Shown: positions 10,541 through 19,418 of the stretch, piece after piece
Position numbering within the stretch: position 1 is the first letter of the stretch
Layout of the letters: each line of letters opens with the position of its first letter
DNA from: a virus
Taxonomy: Duplodnaviria; Caudoviricetes
Direction: 5' to 3' (one strand)
IMG/VR virus record: IMGVR_UViG_3300030116_005147
Coordinates: 1 to 55,990 of that record
DNA length: 55,990 nt
The notes under the pieces: generated by a model
The model's database searches: none
Told to the model about the DNA's origin: nothing
What the model saw: only the letters and a program-made list of their open reading frames with translations
Made by a program: the position numbers and the translations under genes

Positions 10541-11391
10541 TGCCTCGTAGAACGCGAACAATCGGTCAAACGTCAGATGACCACCAGCCCAAGAGAGGCG
10601 GGTGGGTCGATGTCTGCCGTCTGAACTTCAAAGACTTGCCGAACCAAACCATGACCAAGAACCAAGAGAACGTGGTTGGCGGTCATACGTTTTGGATGAA
10701 TGATATTTGGGATACGGGTAACAATGCCAGTTGCGCTATCGTCAACGGCACAGGGTTGGTATGCAACTTCAGCAACGCCTCGGCGTCTAACAAGCATTCT
10801 AACTTTCTCTTCAAGGGAACAGGTATTCCGAAGTTAGAAAGCGGCGGCTGGCCTTGTTTCCGTATCGCCATGGTGGTGAACAGCATCACGTTCCGTAGCA
10901 ATTTGGACGCTGTAAAGTTGGTGGCGACAGGGCATCCTTGGGAGGACACGCAACGAATCCCGATGGTCAAAGCCACTTATAGGCGTGAAAACTCATCCAA
11001 CAACGAGTATCACCTGGCTCACCGAACAGGCGGACCATACGCAACAGGCAGCAACACTAATAGCAGTGATGTTGCGAGCGGCGAACCAAGCACATTGTGC
11101 ATGCAGTTGTTTATGCGTCCAGAAGCAGGGCGGTGGGAGTTCTCAATCATTGAGGGCGCTACAGTCATTCCCCACACACCCCATGACTCATCATTCACCA
11201 ACATCGCGTTTGGTAGAGATTACCGGTCTGTCTTGGCCTCGACCAATGAAGGCTATTGGGATGGAGATAGCAATACCGGGCCGTACCTTGGTCCTTCGCT
11301 GTTGGCCCGTTTCAGTGGGGGCACGACAGAGGCTTGCACTATTACTCATTTCTTAGTCCAGAAATACGTTGGAGGTAACGATGTCCGATAG
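10540..11391 (+). CDS. Hypothetical protein, possible receptor-binding/lectin-like domain
   Basis: 283 aa, beta-rich, Trp/Asn/Ser/Thr-rich, between fibre genes and lysis genes. Confidence 0.5.
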   Translation: MPRRTRTIGQTSDDHQPKRGGWVDVCRLNFKDLPNQTMTKNQENVVGGHTFWMNDIWDTGNNASCAIVNGTGLVCNFSNASASNKHSNFLFKGTGIPKLESGGWPCFRIAMVVNSITFRSNLDAVKLVATGHPWEDTQRIPMVKATYRRENSSNNEYHLAHRTGGPYATGSNTNSSDVASGEPSTLCMQLFMRPEAGRWEFSIIEGATVIPHTPHDSSFTNIAFGRDYRSVLASTNEGYWDGDSNTGPYLGPSLLARFSGGTTEACTITHFLVQKYVGGNDVR

Positions 11392-11602
11392 TGCTGATGT
11401 TTGTTACGCCATCGACTGTTACCCTCAGTTGGTCGATCCCTACGACGAACAAACAGGTGAAGATATCGAAGGCTTAGGTCCAGGCAAGATTGTTGTGTTA
11501 TGGGTCCCTGACTCTCGTCGAGATGATATCGATCGCAACGATGACATGCGGCGTTTGGTCACCGGGAAGATTGATGCAATCATCACAGCCGCTGGAGGTT
11601 AG
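11381..11602 (+). CDS. Small hypothetical protein
   Basis: GGAGG RBS precedes ATG at 11381 (better start than 11369); 73 aa. Confidence 0.55.
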   Translation: MSDSADVCYAIDCYPQLVDPYDEQTGEDIEGLGPGKIVVLWVPDSRRDDIDRNDDMRRLVTGKIDAIITAAGG

Positions 11603-11604
11603 CC

Positions 11605-11856
11605 ATGCCGCAAGACCAGATCAAAGACTTGTGGAAGGTTACCAACGGTATCCGCACAGACCTTAATGAGATCAAAATCTGTCTTGCACGGCTTGATGAG
11701 AAAGCGTCTGCGCGTGAAACCCAGTTTGCTGTACAGGCCCATCGAATGGACAAGATGGAAGCCAAGCTACAGAAACTTGATTTAAAGGTTGCCGCAGCCA
11801 TGGGCATGGTTGCGCTTATCTCCTATGGTCTTCAACTTCTGGCACCTGCAATATGA
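11605..11856 (+). CDS. Coiled-coil protein with C-terminal transmembrane helix (holin/XhlA-like)
   Basis: 83 aa; heptad N-terminus and hydrophobic VAAAMGMVALISYGLQLLA; directly upstream of the lysin. Confidence 0.55.
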   Translation: MPQDQIKDLWKVTNGIRTDLNEIKICLARLDEKASARETQFAVQAHRMDKMEAKLQKLDLKVAAAMGMVALISYGLQLLAPAI

Positions 11857-12440
11857 GCTATCTTCCCCCAGTTTTGCGTGCAGTACACGCACTCAACTAT
11901 GAAGTGTTTGATGGTGCTGCCGATTACGACCTAAACATTGTCGGCGTTCGTAACGAAATAAGTCACCGCAAACCTGACCTGTACGCAGATGATTTGTATG
12001 TTTACTGGAAGCAGTCGGGCACTTGGCGCTGCTTCAATGCCGCGATGACCACCACCCCTGGTGAGTATTACCTTGTCCACCCAATGCGCCCGTCGCAGGG
12101 CTGTGCGATTATGGCTCCCGGTCAGTACCGTGGCGCTTACAAACGTGGGCTACACAAAGGCAAGCAAGCTCTGCGGCAGCACAAAAAGGTCAACTACTAC
12201 AGAGACAATGACCGTGACCGAGAACTCGATTTAGACCCCGCAACGCTTCAAAGTGGTATTGCATATTTGAATATCCATCGTGGAGGCACCAGCGATCGGG
12301 TGGGTCGTTGGTCAGCAGGATGCCAAGTGCTGCACCCAAAAGACATGGACTTTCTGGTAGAGTTGGCAGACAAGCAAATCGCAGTCAACGGCTGGGAGAG
12401 CTTTACTTATACGCTTTTGACAGAGGACCAACTCAAATGA
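11853..12440 (+). CDS. Putative endolysin, L,D-transpeptidase (YkuD)-like Cys/His enzyme
   Basis: 195 aa; NIHR-x9-SAGCQV resembles the YkuD H...S-x-G-C catalytic motif; TTTPG and PGQY motifs; flanked by membrane proteins. Confidence 0.6.
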   Translation: MSYLPPVLRAVHALNYEVFDGAADYDLNIVGVRNEISHRKPDLYADDLYVYWKQSGTWRCFNAAMTTTPGEYYLVHPMRPSQGCAIMAPGQYRGAYKRGLHKGKQALRQHKKVNYYRDNDRDRELDLDPATLQSGIAYLNIHRGGTSDRVGRWSAGCQVLHPKDMDFLVELADKQIAVNGWESFTYTLLTEDQLK

Positions 12441-12784
12441 CTACAGCTAAGAAGACTGCAAAGAAGACTACAAAGAAAGCACCTGCCAAAAGAGCGGCTC
12501 GTAAGGCGAAGCGCAAGCTTGCCGTTCAGCGCCTTGGGCTTTTACTCAAGGCTGCCTGTGAACTGGCAAACGACTTAATGCCTGATGCCAGCGGTGCAGA
12601 CAAGAAAGCCTGGGTAGTTTCTTTGCTCAACAAGAAGATTGATATTCCTATTTTAAACGAGGACCAGGAAGAGGTTGTATTCGACCTCATGGTCGATATC
12701 ACTTGCGACCTAATGTTTGGTCGATACAAGACAGATAGCTATAAAGCACAAGAAGAGCTAACTGCTCTATTGGAAAGAAAGTAA
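12437..12784 (+). CDS. Hypothetical lysis-cassette protein with Lys/Ala-rich N-terminus
   Basis: ATGA overlap with lysin stop and GAGGA RBS give start 12437 (115 aa); NKKIDIPILNEDQE motif. Confidence 0.6.
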   Translation: MTTAKKTAKKTTKKAPAKRAARKAKRKLAVQRLGLLLKAACELANDLMPDASGADKKAWVVSLLNKKIDIPILNEDQEEVVFDLMVDITCDLMFGRYKTDSYKAQEELTALLERK

Positions 12785-13032
12785 TGGACAGCGATATAAC
12801 AAAGAAAGTGATTGCAGCAGGCACTGCTGCGGTTGCCGCATTTATTTTTGGTGAGGCTCAGATTCTTGATATGGACGAGCGTATCTTGGCTTTGGAGGAA
12901 GCTTGTCTTCCTGCCGATGAAGAAGCTATTGACGAGCCAAAAGAAGAAGAGCAAAGTGAAGAGGAAGCTGCTGCTTCTAAAGAACCCGAAGAAGAAGAGC
13001 CCGAAGAAGAGGGCGAACTAGAAGAGGAGTAA
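12784..13032 (+). CDS. Small membrane-anchored protein with very acidic tail
   Basis: 82 aa; N-terminal hydrophobic segment then Glu-rich tail. Confidence 0.6.
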   Translation: MDSDITKKVIAAGTAAVAAFIFGEAQILDMDERILALEEACLPADEEAIDEPKEEEQSEEEAAASKEPEEEEPEEEGELEEE

Positions 13033-13036
13033 GCCA

Positions 13037-13387
13037 ATGGATCCGTCAATGCTAATGGAACACATTGACGCGATCGGGCTCATCCCGTTGCTCATCTGGC
13101 AGTCGCTGCGTATGGAGAAGAAACTCGATACTCAGGCTGAGCAGATGGCTGCTCAGCGAAAAGACAACGAGGAGAGAAACCTCGACATGGTCAAGGGCTG
13201 GGAGAAACAACTCGTGGCTCTGGTCAACAAGTACGAAGAGCGCGAGGACGAGATTCGTACCCGCTATGATCAAGTGATTGCCACGTACAACAACGAGCGC
13301 GATCGCATGTTTCGAGACTTCGATCGAAAACTCGATGACGTGGTCCGCTTCGTTGGAAGCCGAAACACGACCTTCTACAACGAGTAG
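13037..13387 (+). CDS. Putative holin/spanin-like protein (N-terminal hydrophobic helix plus coiled coil)
   Basis: 116 aa; AIGLIPLLIW followed by a long heptad region; last gene of the + arm. Confidence 0.45.
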   Translation: MDPSMLMEHIDAIGLIPLLIWQSLRMEKKLDTQAEQMAAQRKDNEERNLDMVKGWEKQLVALVNKYEEREDEIRTRYDQVIATYNNERDRMFRDFDRKLDDVVRFVGSRNTTFYNE

Positions 13388-13391
13388 GGCC

Positions 13392-14402
13392 TTACCGCGT
13401 AGATGCTAATATCCACCCCTCCACGGGCTGTGGAGATATCGTACTGGTTATAAACACAGAGCATGCCGCCTCTGATATGTTCTCCATAAACGTAGATAGC
13501 GTCTTAGCATCCCAGGCTACGTGATCAATAACCAAAGCATCTATCGCAGGTAGCTGAACCAAGAGTCTACACGCTTGAGTCAGTTGCTTTACGCTTTCTG
13601 ATTTCGGTTTGAGCTTGAGAAGTCGATCGTCTACTCGTTGCTTCAACAACTCATACACAATGTGCATCATGTGGTTTTGACATTTCTTGTTTAGGGACAG
13701 TCTTCTCTTAGCTTCCTCTGTCTGCGCGTAAGCGCCTTGGCACACCTCGTATATAGCTGAGTTCTCTACACACGTTTGAAGGGTGCTCCACGCCTTCTCC
13801 TTGCTTGGCAGCGTCATAAGAGTCTCTTTGGTGCCAAGCATCCGAAGCACGTAACTAAGCGCCTCCAGCGGCTGTTTGTTGCTCTTTGCTTGGGCAGCTT
13901 TGATTGCTTCTACTAACAGACCGACCCTGGCTGCTTTGATGAACTCGCCCTTAAGTTCGGCTATTGTTTTCTCTGGGGGCACGATACCGTCAAAGAGAGA
14001 CAAGACCATCGACGCTTCTTGTATTGCGTGCTCTAAGTTGTCTTGTTCTTCTTCCAAGTGGTTTAGTATGTCGATGAGGTTGTCAGAAGATATTTGTTTT
14101 CCAATCAACCTTTCTTTGATGACGCGAAGAACTTCCTCATCGCCTTGTTTGATGAACAGGTATGTCGGCATTTCAGGCAGGTAGTTGTGTATAAGAAATC
14201 TTTTATACTCTTCGCGATCGTTTATTCTGTCAATCAAATCAGTGGCGTAGAACACTTTGTCTACAGATAGCGTCTGTAGGAACTGCTCTATGCGCGTTGT
14301 CTTTCCTGTGTTGTTATTTCCTACCAGGCATAGCTTTATTTGCTTCTTCGTAAAGCTTTCGCACTGCTGCTCGGTAGGGAGGAGATGGTTGGGTTTTTCC
14401 AT
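13392..14402 (-). CDS. P-loop NTPase-like protein with helical insert
   Basis: LCLVGNNNTGKTT Walker A near N-terminus, ALVID Walker B-like strand near C-terminus, helical middle. Confidence 0.55.
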   Translation of the reverse strand: MEKPNHLLPTEQQCESFTKKQIKLCLVGNNNTGKTTRIEQFLQTLSVDKVFYATDLIDRINDREEYKRFLIHNYLPEMPTYLFIKQGDEEVLRVIKERLIGKQISSDNLIDILNHLEEEQDNLEHAIQEASMVLSLFDGIVPPEKTIAELKGEFIKAARVGLLVEAIKAAQAKSNKQPLEALSYVLRMLGTKETLMTLPSKEKAWSTLQTCVENSAIYEVCQGAYAQTEEAKRRLSLNKKCQNHMMHIVYELLKQRVDDRLLKLKPKSESVKQLTQACRLLVQLPAIDALVIDHVAWDAKTLSTFMENISEAACSVFITSTISPQPVEGWILASTR

Positions 14403-14538
14403 ATCGCCACCGTCTAATGCTGTTTATAGATGGAGGGACATTGCCGGGTAGAAAATCAGACAACCGAGAAGCAATCATGCCGTCGGTGTATCCGTTGTCT
14501 CGCAGTTCTTGTATTATTTCTTTTATGGATGTACCCAT
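14314..14538 (-). CDS. Helix-turn-helix DNA-binding protein
   Basis: 74 aa; GYTDGMIASRL...SINSIRRWRYGKTQP is Xre/Cro-like. Confidence 0.6.
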   Translation of the reverse strand: MGTSIKEIIQELRDNGYTDGMIASRLSDFLPGNVPPSINSIRRWRYGKTQPSPPYRAAVRKLYEEANKAMPGRK

Positions 14539-14558
14539 GTGAGCCTCACCTGAGTACC

Positions 14559-15044
14559 TTAGCGAGATCTTCGCCAGCGGTCAATGCCCTGTTTCCTAAA
14601 GTAATAAGCGCCAATGCCTATCGCATCCCACGCATCGTGCGTAGCGTTGCTTGCTATGTTGCTTTTCTCTTTGTCTGTCAAGCGCGACCGTAATCTCTTA
14701 CGTGATATTTCTTTAGGTACTTGCCCTTTCCATTCAGCGGGCTTGTAGCCTTTTAGCTTAGCGCCTTTGAATCGCCAGACAAAAGCACCGAGTACGCCTG
14801 TCAACTCCAGCAGGTCATCTGCGTTAGTCGTCTTGTCTCGATACACTTGCATCTGCTCGCACACCAGAACCGAAATGTCTGGTGAGATTTTAACGGCTTC
14901 TACCATCTTGACCCACGCAGCAGGACCACGCGCACCCCCTCGGGCACGGGCTGTCCATGCCCGAAGGAGTCTTCCGTCAGCAGTCCAAAGCGCACAACCG
15001 CACTTTCGCAGTCCAGGGTCAATGCTTAGTACGGTTCCCAACAT
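14559..15044 (-). CDS. RuvC-like Holliday junction resolvase
   Basis: LSIDPG, LVCEQ, PAEWKG and DAWDAIGIG motifs of the RNase H-fold RuvC family. Confidence 0.85.
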   Translation of the reverse strand: MLGTVLSIDPGLRKCGCALWTADGRLLRAWTARARGGARGPAAWVKMVEAVKISPDISVLVCEQMQVYRDKTTNADDLLELTGVLGAFVWRFKGAKLKGYKPAEWKGQVPKEISRKRLRSRLTDKEKSNIASNATHDAWDAIGIGAYYFRKQGIDRWRRSR

Positions 15045-16936
15045 AGTAGTTTGCCCTCCTCGTCTCTGGATTCTTCTGCTCCCTTGTACCAGCGGCGCAT
15101 TGCAGCAGGTTCTGCGTCAATCTTGACATCGGGGATGTAGACTTTCATGGCCTCGACCATGACTTCAGCGAGTCTATCTGCGGCTGCGGTCCGTTCTTCG
15201 ATGCTCTCAGGCACCTCGACGAGAAGCTCATCGTGAATAAAAGCAACAGGACGGCAACCAAACAGCGGGCTTTCTTCTCGGACATAGCACTCCTTCATTA
15301 CTTCCCAGATAGCGTGTTTAGCTCCGTCGGCAGCTAATCCTTGGAAGAACGTATTACAACCAGCGCAATAGTTTGTGCCTCCTCTCAACCTGCCAGAGCG
15401 TAGTTGCTCTACCGTGAAGTCGTTACCCATTTGGCTAAGGGCTGCTACGTGTCGAAAGAACTCCTGCATCTCAGGCCACGTATCAATCCACTGATACTTA
15501 AGTTCTACTGCTCGGTCTTCCGAGATGTCTACGTTGTATCCTGCCTTAGCAAACGATACGAAAGAAGCAGCGCCCATGCCGCCGGGGAACCCGAAGTTAA
15601 GAGCTTTGGATAGCTGCCTTGCTTCTTTGACTTTCTCGTCTCCCTCTTTTCTTTTGGTCTTGGCGTCTTCGTATGACATTCCTAAGAGGTTGGCTGCCAT
15701 AGCAAGGTGCAGGTCCATTCCGTTGTTGATGGCGTTGGCCATCTCAGACCAACCGAACAGGTCCAAGCAAGCTTGAGACAAAGCACAAAGCTCCAGTGTC
15801 GAGTAGTCGCAGGCTACGAAGACCGTCCCTTCTCGGGGCACGTATGCTTCTCGGATACCACCCATCCTCGGTACGTTCTGGATGTTGGGTCTGTAGCTAC
15901 TGGTGCGTCCAGACTCCTTTAAGAGATCGTAGGATGGATTGAGAGGCACCTGTGTCCCTTGCTTGAGCACGGGGATGTACGTAGTCAGGAGCTTTTCAGC
16001 GTTGGTGTTTGACCCGTACTCCACGAGCAGGGGGTCACCGCTATGTCGCAGTGTCTCTCTCGACGTAGAGATCCTACCAGTCTCGGTCATGGGAGGACGC
16101 TTGCCTTGCTTACCGTATGCTCGACGCACCCTCTCCTTAATCGCCGCCATGTTCTTAGATGTTTTACGTTCTCCTTTGACAGTCTTGATTCGGGTGAGCC
16201 CTGCACTTTGAAGGTCTGCTTGTAGCTTCTCCACCTTGGGCTTGAGCACAGCTTCCAGCTTAGCAACTTGCTCTCCGTCGGTGCGAATGCCCCAGACTGA
16301 AATCAAGTGAAGACCCCACGCTGCTCGCATCTGCTCGTCTTCGTTGGTGACCCCGTCCGGTCCTGCGTACATTCTGCCTTCACATTGGAATGGCTGTGCT
16401 TGGGATTGGTACACTTTGTAGGTCCACTTGGAATCGTCCATAGCGTACGCGGCAGCAGCAGGCGGCCAAGAAGCCAGAGGCACTCCGTCCAACTCGTTAT
16501 ACCTAAGTCGCCAAGCGTCGTCTCCTTTCTTGGATTCGCTAAGGTCTACCCTGAACCTATTGTTTACAAGAGTAGCTAAGGAGAACGAAGGGCGTTGTTT
16601 CTTATTTACATAGTCGTAAGTCAAGCGACCTTGCGCCAAGAAGAGAAGCTTCTCTCTAACCTGCGTGTCCTTAATCCTGCCCTGCTCTATGGCGTTGAAG
16701 ATCAAGGGCAACAAAGAGCCATCCTCCGCTGCCAGAACTGCAAGGTCAAAGCTCACGTTGTGCCCTACCAGAATCAACCCGCTGTCCGATAGCGCGTGCC
16801 TGGCCCACATGACTGCGTCTTTTCGCAACATCAAGTCTTCCGTCTCTCCGTCGTAGGTAGAAAGACAGACCAACCTGGGCGCGAGACAGCCCGGTTTAAT
16901 GAGATGTGTTTCTGTATCAAATGCTATTACTTTCAT
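15026..16936 (-). CDS. polA: Family A DNA polymerase with 3'-5' exonuclease
   Basis: Exo motifs FDTET, GHNVSFD, YAMDD; SGRTSS, NIQNVPR; motif A DYSTLE, motif B RQLSKALNFG, motif C FIHDE. Confidence 0.95.
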   Translation of the reverse strand: MKVIAFDTETHLIKPGCLAPRLVCLSTYDGETEDLMLRKDAVMWARHALSDSGLILVGHNVSFDLAVLAAEDGSLLPLIFNAIEQGRIKDTQVREKLLFLAQGRLTYDYVNKKQRPSFSLATLVNNRFRVDLSESKKGDDAWRLRYNELDGVPLASWPPAAAAYAMDDSKWTYKVYQSQAQPFQCEGRMYAGPDGVTNEDEQMRAAWGLHLISVWGIRTDGEQVAKLEAVLKPKVEKLQADLQSAGLTRIKTVKGERKTSKNMAAIKERVRRAYGKQGKRPPMTETGRISTSRETLRHSGDPLLVEYGSNTNAEKLLTTYIPVLKQGTQVPLNPSYDLLKESGRTSSYRPNIQNVPRMGGIREAYVPREGTVFVACDYSTLELCALSQACLDLFGWSEMANAINNGMDLHLAMAANLLGMSYEDAKTKRKEGDEKVKEARQLSKALNFGFPGGMGAASFVSFAKAGYNVDISEDRAVELKYQWIDTWPEMQEFFRHVAALSQMGNDFTVEQLRSGRLRGGTNYCAGCNTFFQGLAADGAKHAIWEVMKECYVREESPLFGCRPVAFIHDELLVEVPESIEERTAAADRLAEVMVEAMKVYIPDVKIDAEPAAMRRWYKGAEESRDEEGKLLCWEPY

Positions 16937-16949
16937 ATTTCCTCCAGAG

Positions 16950-16985
16950 AAAACCCCCCACCAGCGGGGAACACTGATGGGGGGC
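16950..16985 (-). terminator. Intrinsic terminator between SSB and DNA polymerase
   Basis: Minus strand CCCCCCATCAGTG-loop-CGCTGGTGGGGGG-TTTT hairpin with G-U pairs and a short U tract. Confidence 0.7.
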
Positions 16986-17010
16986 AGACGAAACTTGAGT
17001 TTTCCCTACC

Positions 17011-17457
17011 TTAGTTGTCGTCTTCTCCCTGTAGTGCAGACCAAAAATGCTTTGAGAAAACCCCTCCTCTCTTGGTCTGTACTTCCTCCACTTGGCAATT
17101 CACTTTTCTACCTGAGACTAAGTCGCCTGGACCGTCTACAAGTTCTTGCATGAACTCTGCATCTACCTCATCTTCGTCTGCGCCTGTGACCGCAACAGCG
17201 AACTTCTTAATATCTGCAAGAGCCATCTGAGGATAGTCGCCTCCCAGCTTAACTACCCAACTGGCACGGGTGCCTGGTCGAATGTCTTCGTTGTTGGATT
17301 CCATAACAGTGGATTCCACTACGAAGAAAGTGCGGTTACCGACAGTAGACTCGGTGAGCTTACAACGCTCGATGGTCAACAGGTGCTGCCCCTCGGGGAG
17401 ATACACACCTTTCTGCTCGGTTGCCTTTACGTTTCCGATTCCTGCAAAAATACTCAT
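17011..17457 (-). CDS. Probable single-stranded DNA-binding protein
   Basis: 148 aa, YLPEGQHLLTI OB-fold-like start, acidic C-terminus (GEDDN), own promoter and terminator, between helicase and polymerase. Confidence 0.6.
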   Translation of the reverse strand: MSIFAGIGNVKATEQKGVYLPEGQHLLTIERCKLTESTVGNRTFFVVESTVMESNNEDIRPGTRASWVVKLGGDYPQMALADIKKFAVAVTGADEDEVDAEFMQELVDGPGDLVSGRKVNCQVEEVQTKRGGVFSKHFWSALQGEDDN

Positions 17458-17520
17458 TGTCTTTTCCTTTTCTTGATTTTGTTTTTGTTTTTTAGAGTAC
17501 CCACCTGAGTACTCCCTGAC

Positions 17521-17548
17521 TCTATAACAGCAAGCACACCATGTGCAA
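17521..17548 (-). promoter_or_regulatory. Putative promoter for SSB gene
   Basis: Minus strand TTGCAC-16 bp-TATAGA with extended -10 TG in the intergenic gap. Confidence 0.45.
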
Positions 17549-17551
17549 GCT

Positions 17552-19186
17552 TCATGTCCACATCGCAGACAATATCTTCATTCGGTTACCTTGTGTCTCG
17601 TTGATATATCGAGCTACTTCCTTTGCTTTCTTAATGTCTAACCAGACGCTATCGTGTTGGTCAAAGTACCATACGTTTACCTCATCAGCGTCTTGTCCTA
17701 ACCGGTGCGTTCGACCTATCAACTGCTCAAGAGCAGAGCCGTTGGGGAGAAAAGAAGTCAGTAGATTCTCTGACCACCTTTGTAGGTTCTTACCTGTCCC
17801 GTGGGCTGTGATTGACATGGCGCAGTTGTGAGCGGGAACTGAGGGTATCTCCATACCTGCGCCATACGTCGGCAGACCACGCTCCTCAAACTCTTCCAGC
17901 AAGGCGCGATGCTGACACCAGATAATCGTAGGTAACTCTCGGCTGGCTACGAACCGCATCGCTGCATCCACAATGTATTTGTCTATCCAGACAGTACGCA
18001 CGGGTGGGGGCTTCTTCCCTCGCTGTGCATCCCACTCGTTCCATGCACGAACGAGCGCACGGTCATGGCAGGCATCTGACTGCGCCCATCGAGCGACAAG
18101 GAGCGGACTATCCTTTCCTTCCAAAGACCTCTTGAGGATTCGCCTGACCTGTCTGTGCCACTCACCTCGGGCATCAAGCCAGTCCCAATCAGGAGTACCA
18201 TCGGGCCAGTCCCACACATAGTAGAATCCGCACAGTAGTTGTCTCCGAACCCGCGCCATCTCCAGTGCGTCCTCGATCTCTTCCCCTCCTGGTGCTGTCC
18301 AGGTTCTCTCCAAATGGTCGATGGCTTTCTTGACCATGGGAGGAAGAGCGCACTGTGCTGTACGCATGTAGATAGCGCAGGATGCAGACGAGTCCTGCGT
18401 TGCTACTACGCCGGGGGTAGAGCGGAAGCGTCGGAAGTATGCCTCTCGATAGTTACCTCCGTACTTCTCGACCATGGGCTGGAAGCACTGCCTTTCGTAA
18501 GCATCCGGGCTTCCTCCTACGTCCAAGCACGCTGCCCATATCTGTAGTTCCCAGAAGTCCAGGGGGATGGGCGCGTTGTTACGCAGAGAAATCTCTACAA
18601 TGTGCGCGTAGTCTGCCAGTCCCTTCGCAGTCAGTGTCCCGCTCAGGGCTACGAACTTACACGTCGGGTTGCTCTGGAAGTAGCGAATGACTCTCTTGGT
18701 TCGTGTCGCTGTTCGGTGTCGGAGGTGGTGGCACTCGTCGGCTATAATCAAATCAGGCTGCACATCGTCTAAAATCTTAGCGCCTGATGCTACAGACAGC
18801 TTGCTGTAGCTCACCACCCTGATGTTGTTAGAGATGCGGAAGTGCTCTCGGAACTTCTTTATTTCATTTCTTGTTTGAACTTCCAAGGCTGGAGGCACAA
18901 GCAACAGCGGACGCTCGGCACCAACCACTGTGGGCGCAAGGGCACTGATGAGAAACTTGCCATGCCCCACACCAATAGGAGCGCATAGCCCACCGTACTT
19001 CTCTAGATGGTAGAGTGCCTTGCTTTGGATAGGTCGCAGAGAGTAGCGACACCCTGGCAGTGCGTACTTACTGGTCTGGTCCGGCACCTTGTCTTCGCCA
19101 CGGGACAGTGCGAGTACCCGTCGCATGCCTGGAGTCATGGGGGGACGATCGGGTTTGTTGGCTTTTAGTTTCTGAAGTGTTCTCAT
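17552..19186 (-). CDS. Superfamily 2 (SNF2-like) helicase
   Basis: LRPIQ Q-motif, GVGHGKF Walker A, IADECH, ALSGT, QLIGRTHR motif VI. Confidence 0.88.
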   Translation of the reverse strand: MRTLQKLKANKPDRPPMTPGMRRVLALSRGEDKVPDQTSKYALPGCRYSLRPIQSKALYHLEKYGGLCAPIGVGHGKFLISALAPTVVGAERPLLLVPPALEVQTRNEIKKFREHFRISNNIRVVSYSKLSVASGAKILDDVQPDLIIADECHHLRHRTATRTKRVIRYFQSNPTCKFVALSGTLTAKGLADYAHIVEISLRNNAPIPLDFWELQIWAACLDVGGSPDAYERQCFQPMVEKYGGNYREAYFRRFRSTPGVVATQDSSASCAIYMRTAQCALPPMVKKAIDHLERTWTAPGGEEIEDALEMARVRRQLLCGFYYVWDWPDGTPDWDWLDARGEWHRQVRRILKRSLEGKDSPLLVARWAQSDACHDRALVRAWNEWDAQRGKKPPPVRTVWIDKYIVDAAMRFVASRELPTIIWCQHRALLEEFEERGLPTYGAGMEIPSVPAHNCAMSITAHGTGKNLQRWSENLLTSFLPNGSALEQLIGRTHRLGQDADEVNVWYFDQHDSVWLDIKKAKEVARYINETQGNRMKILSAMWT

Positions 19187-19347
19187 TTCTCACCCCACTT
19201 CTTGAGCCAGTCCGCTGCATCGATGCGATCTTGCTCGTGCTTGCCTGCGAACTGTTGACGAAAGACATGCGCCCTGGCTTCTTTAACGCACTGCTGAAGC
19301 TTTATTATTTCATCGCAAAGGATGTCTATATCTTCTTGTGTATACAT
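19183..19347 (-). CDS. Small hypothetical protein (54 aa, not in ORF track)
   Basis: MYTQEDIDILCDEII...KKWGEK; AAGGA RBS; ATGA overlap with helicase start. Confidence 0.6.
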   Translation of the reverse strand: MYTQEDIDILCDEIIKLQQCVKEARAHVFRQQFAGKHEQDRIDAADWLKKWGEK

Positions 19348-19418
19348 TTCGGGTTCCTTGTTTCATAAGAGAGCCCCACCCCCCAGAGGATTGGGAAGCG
19401 GGGCCGGGATTAGTTGGG

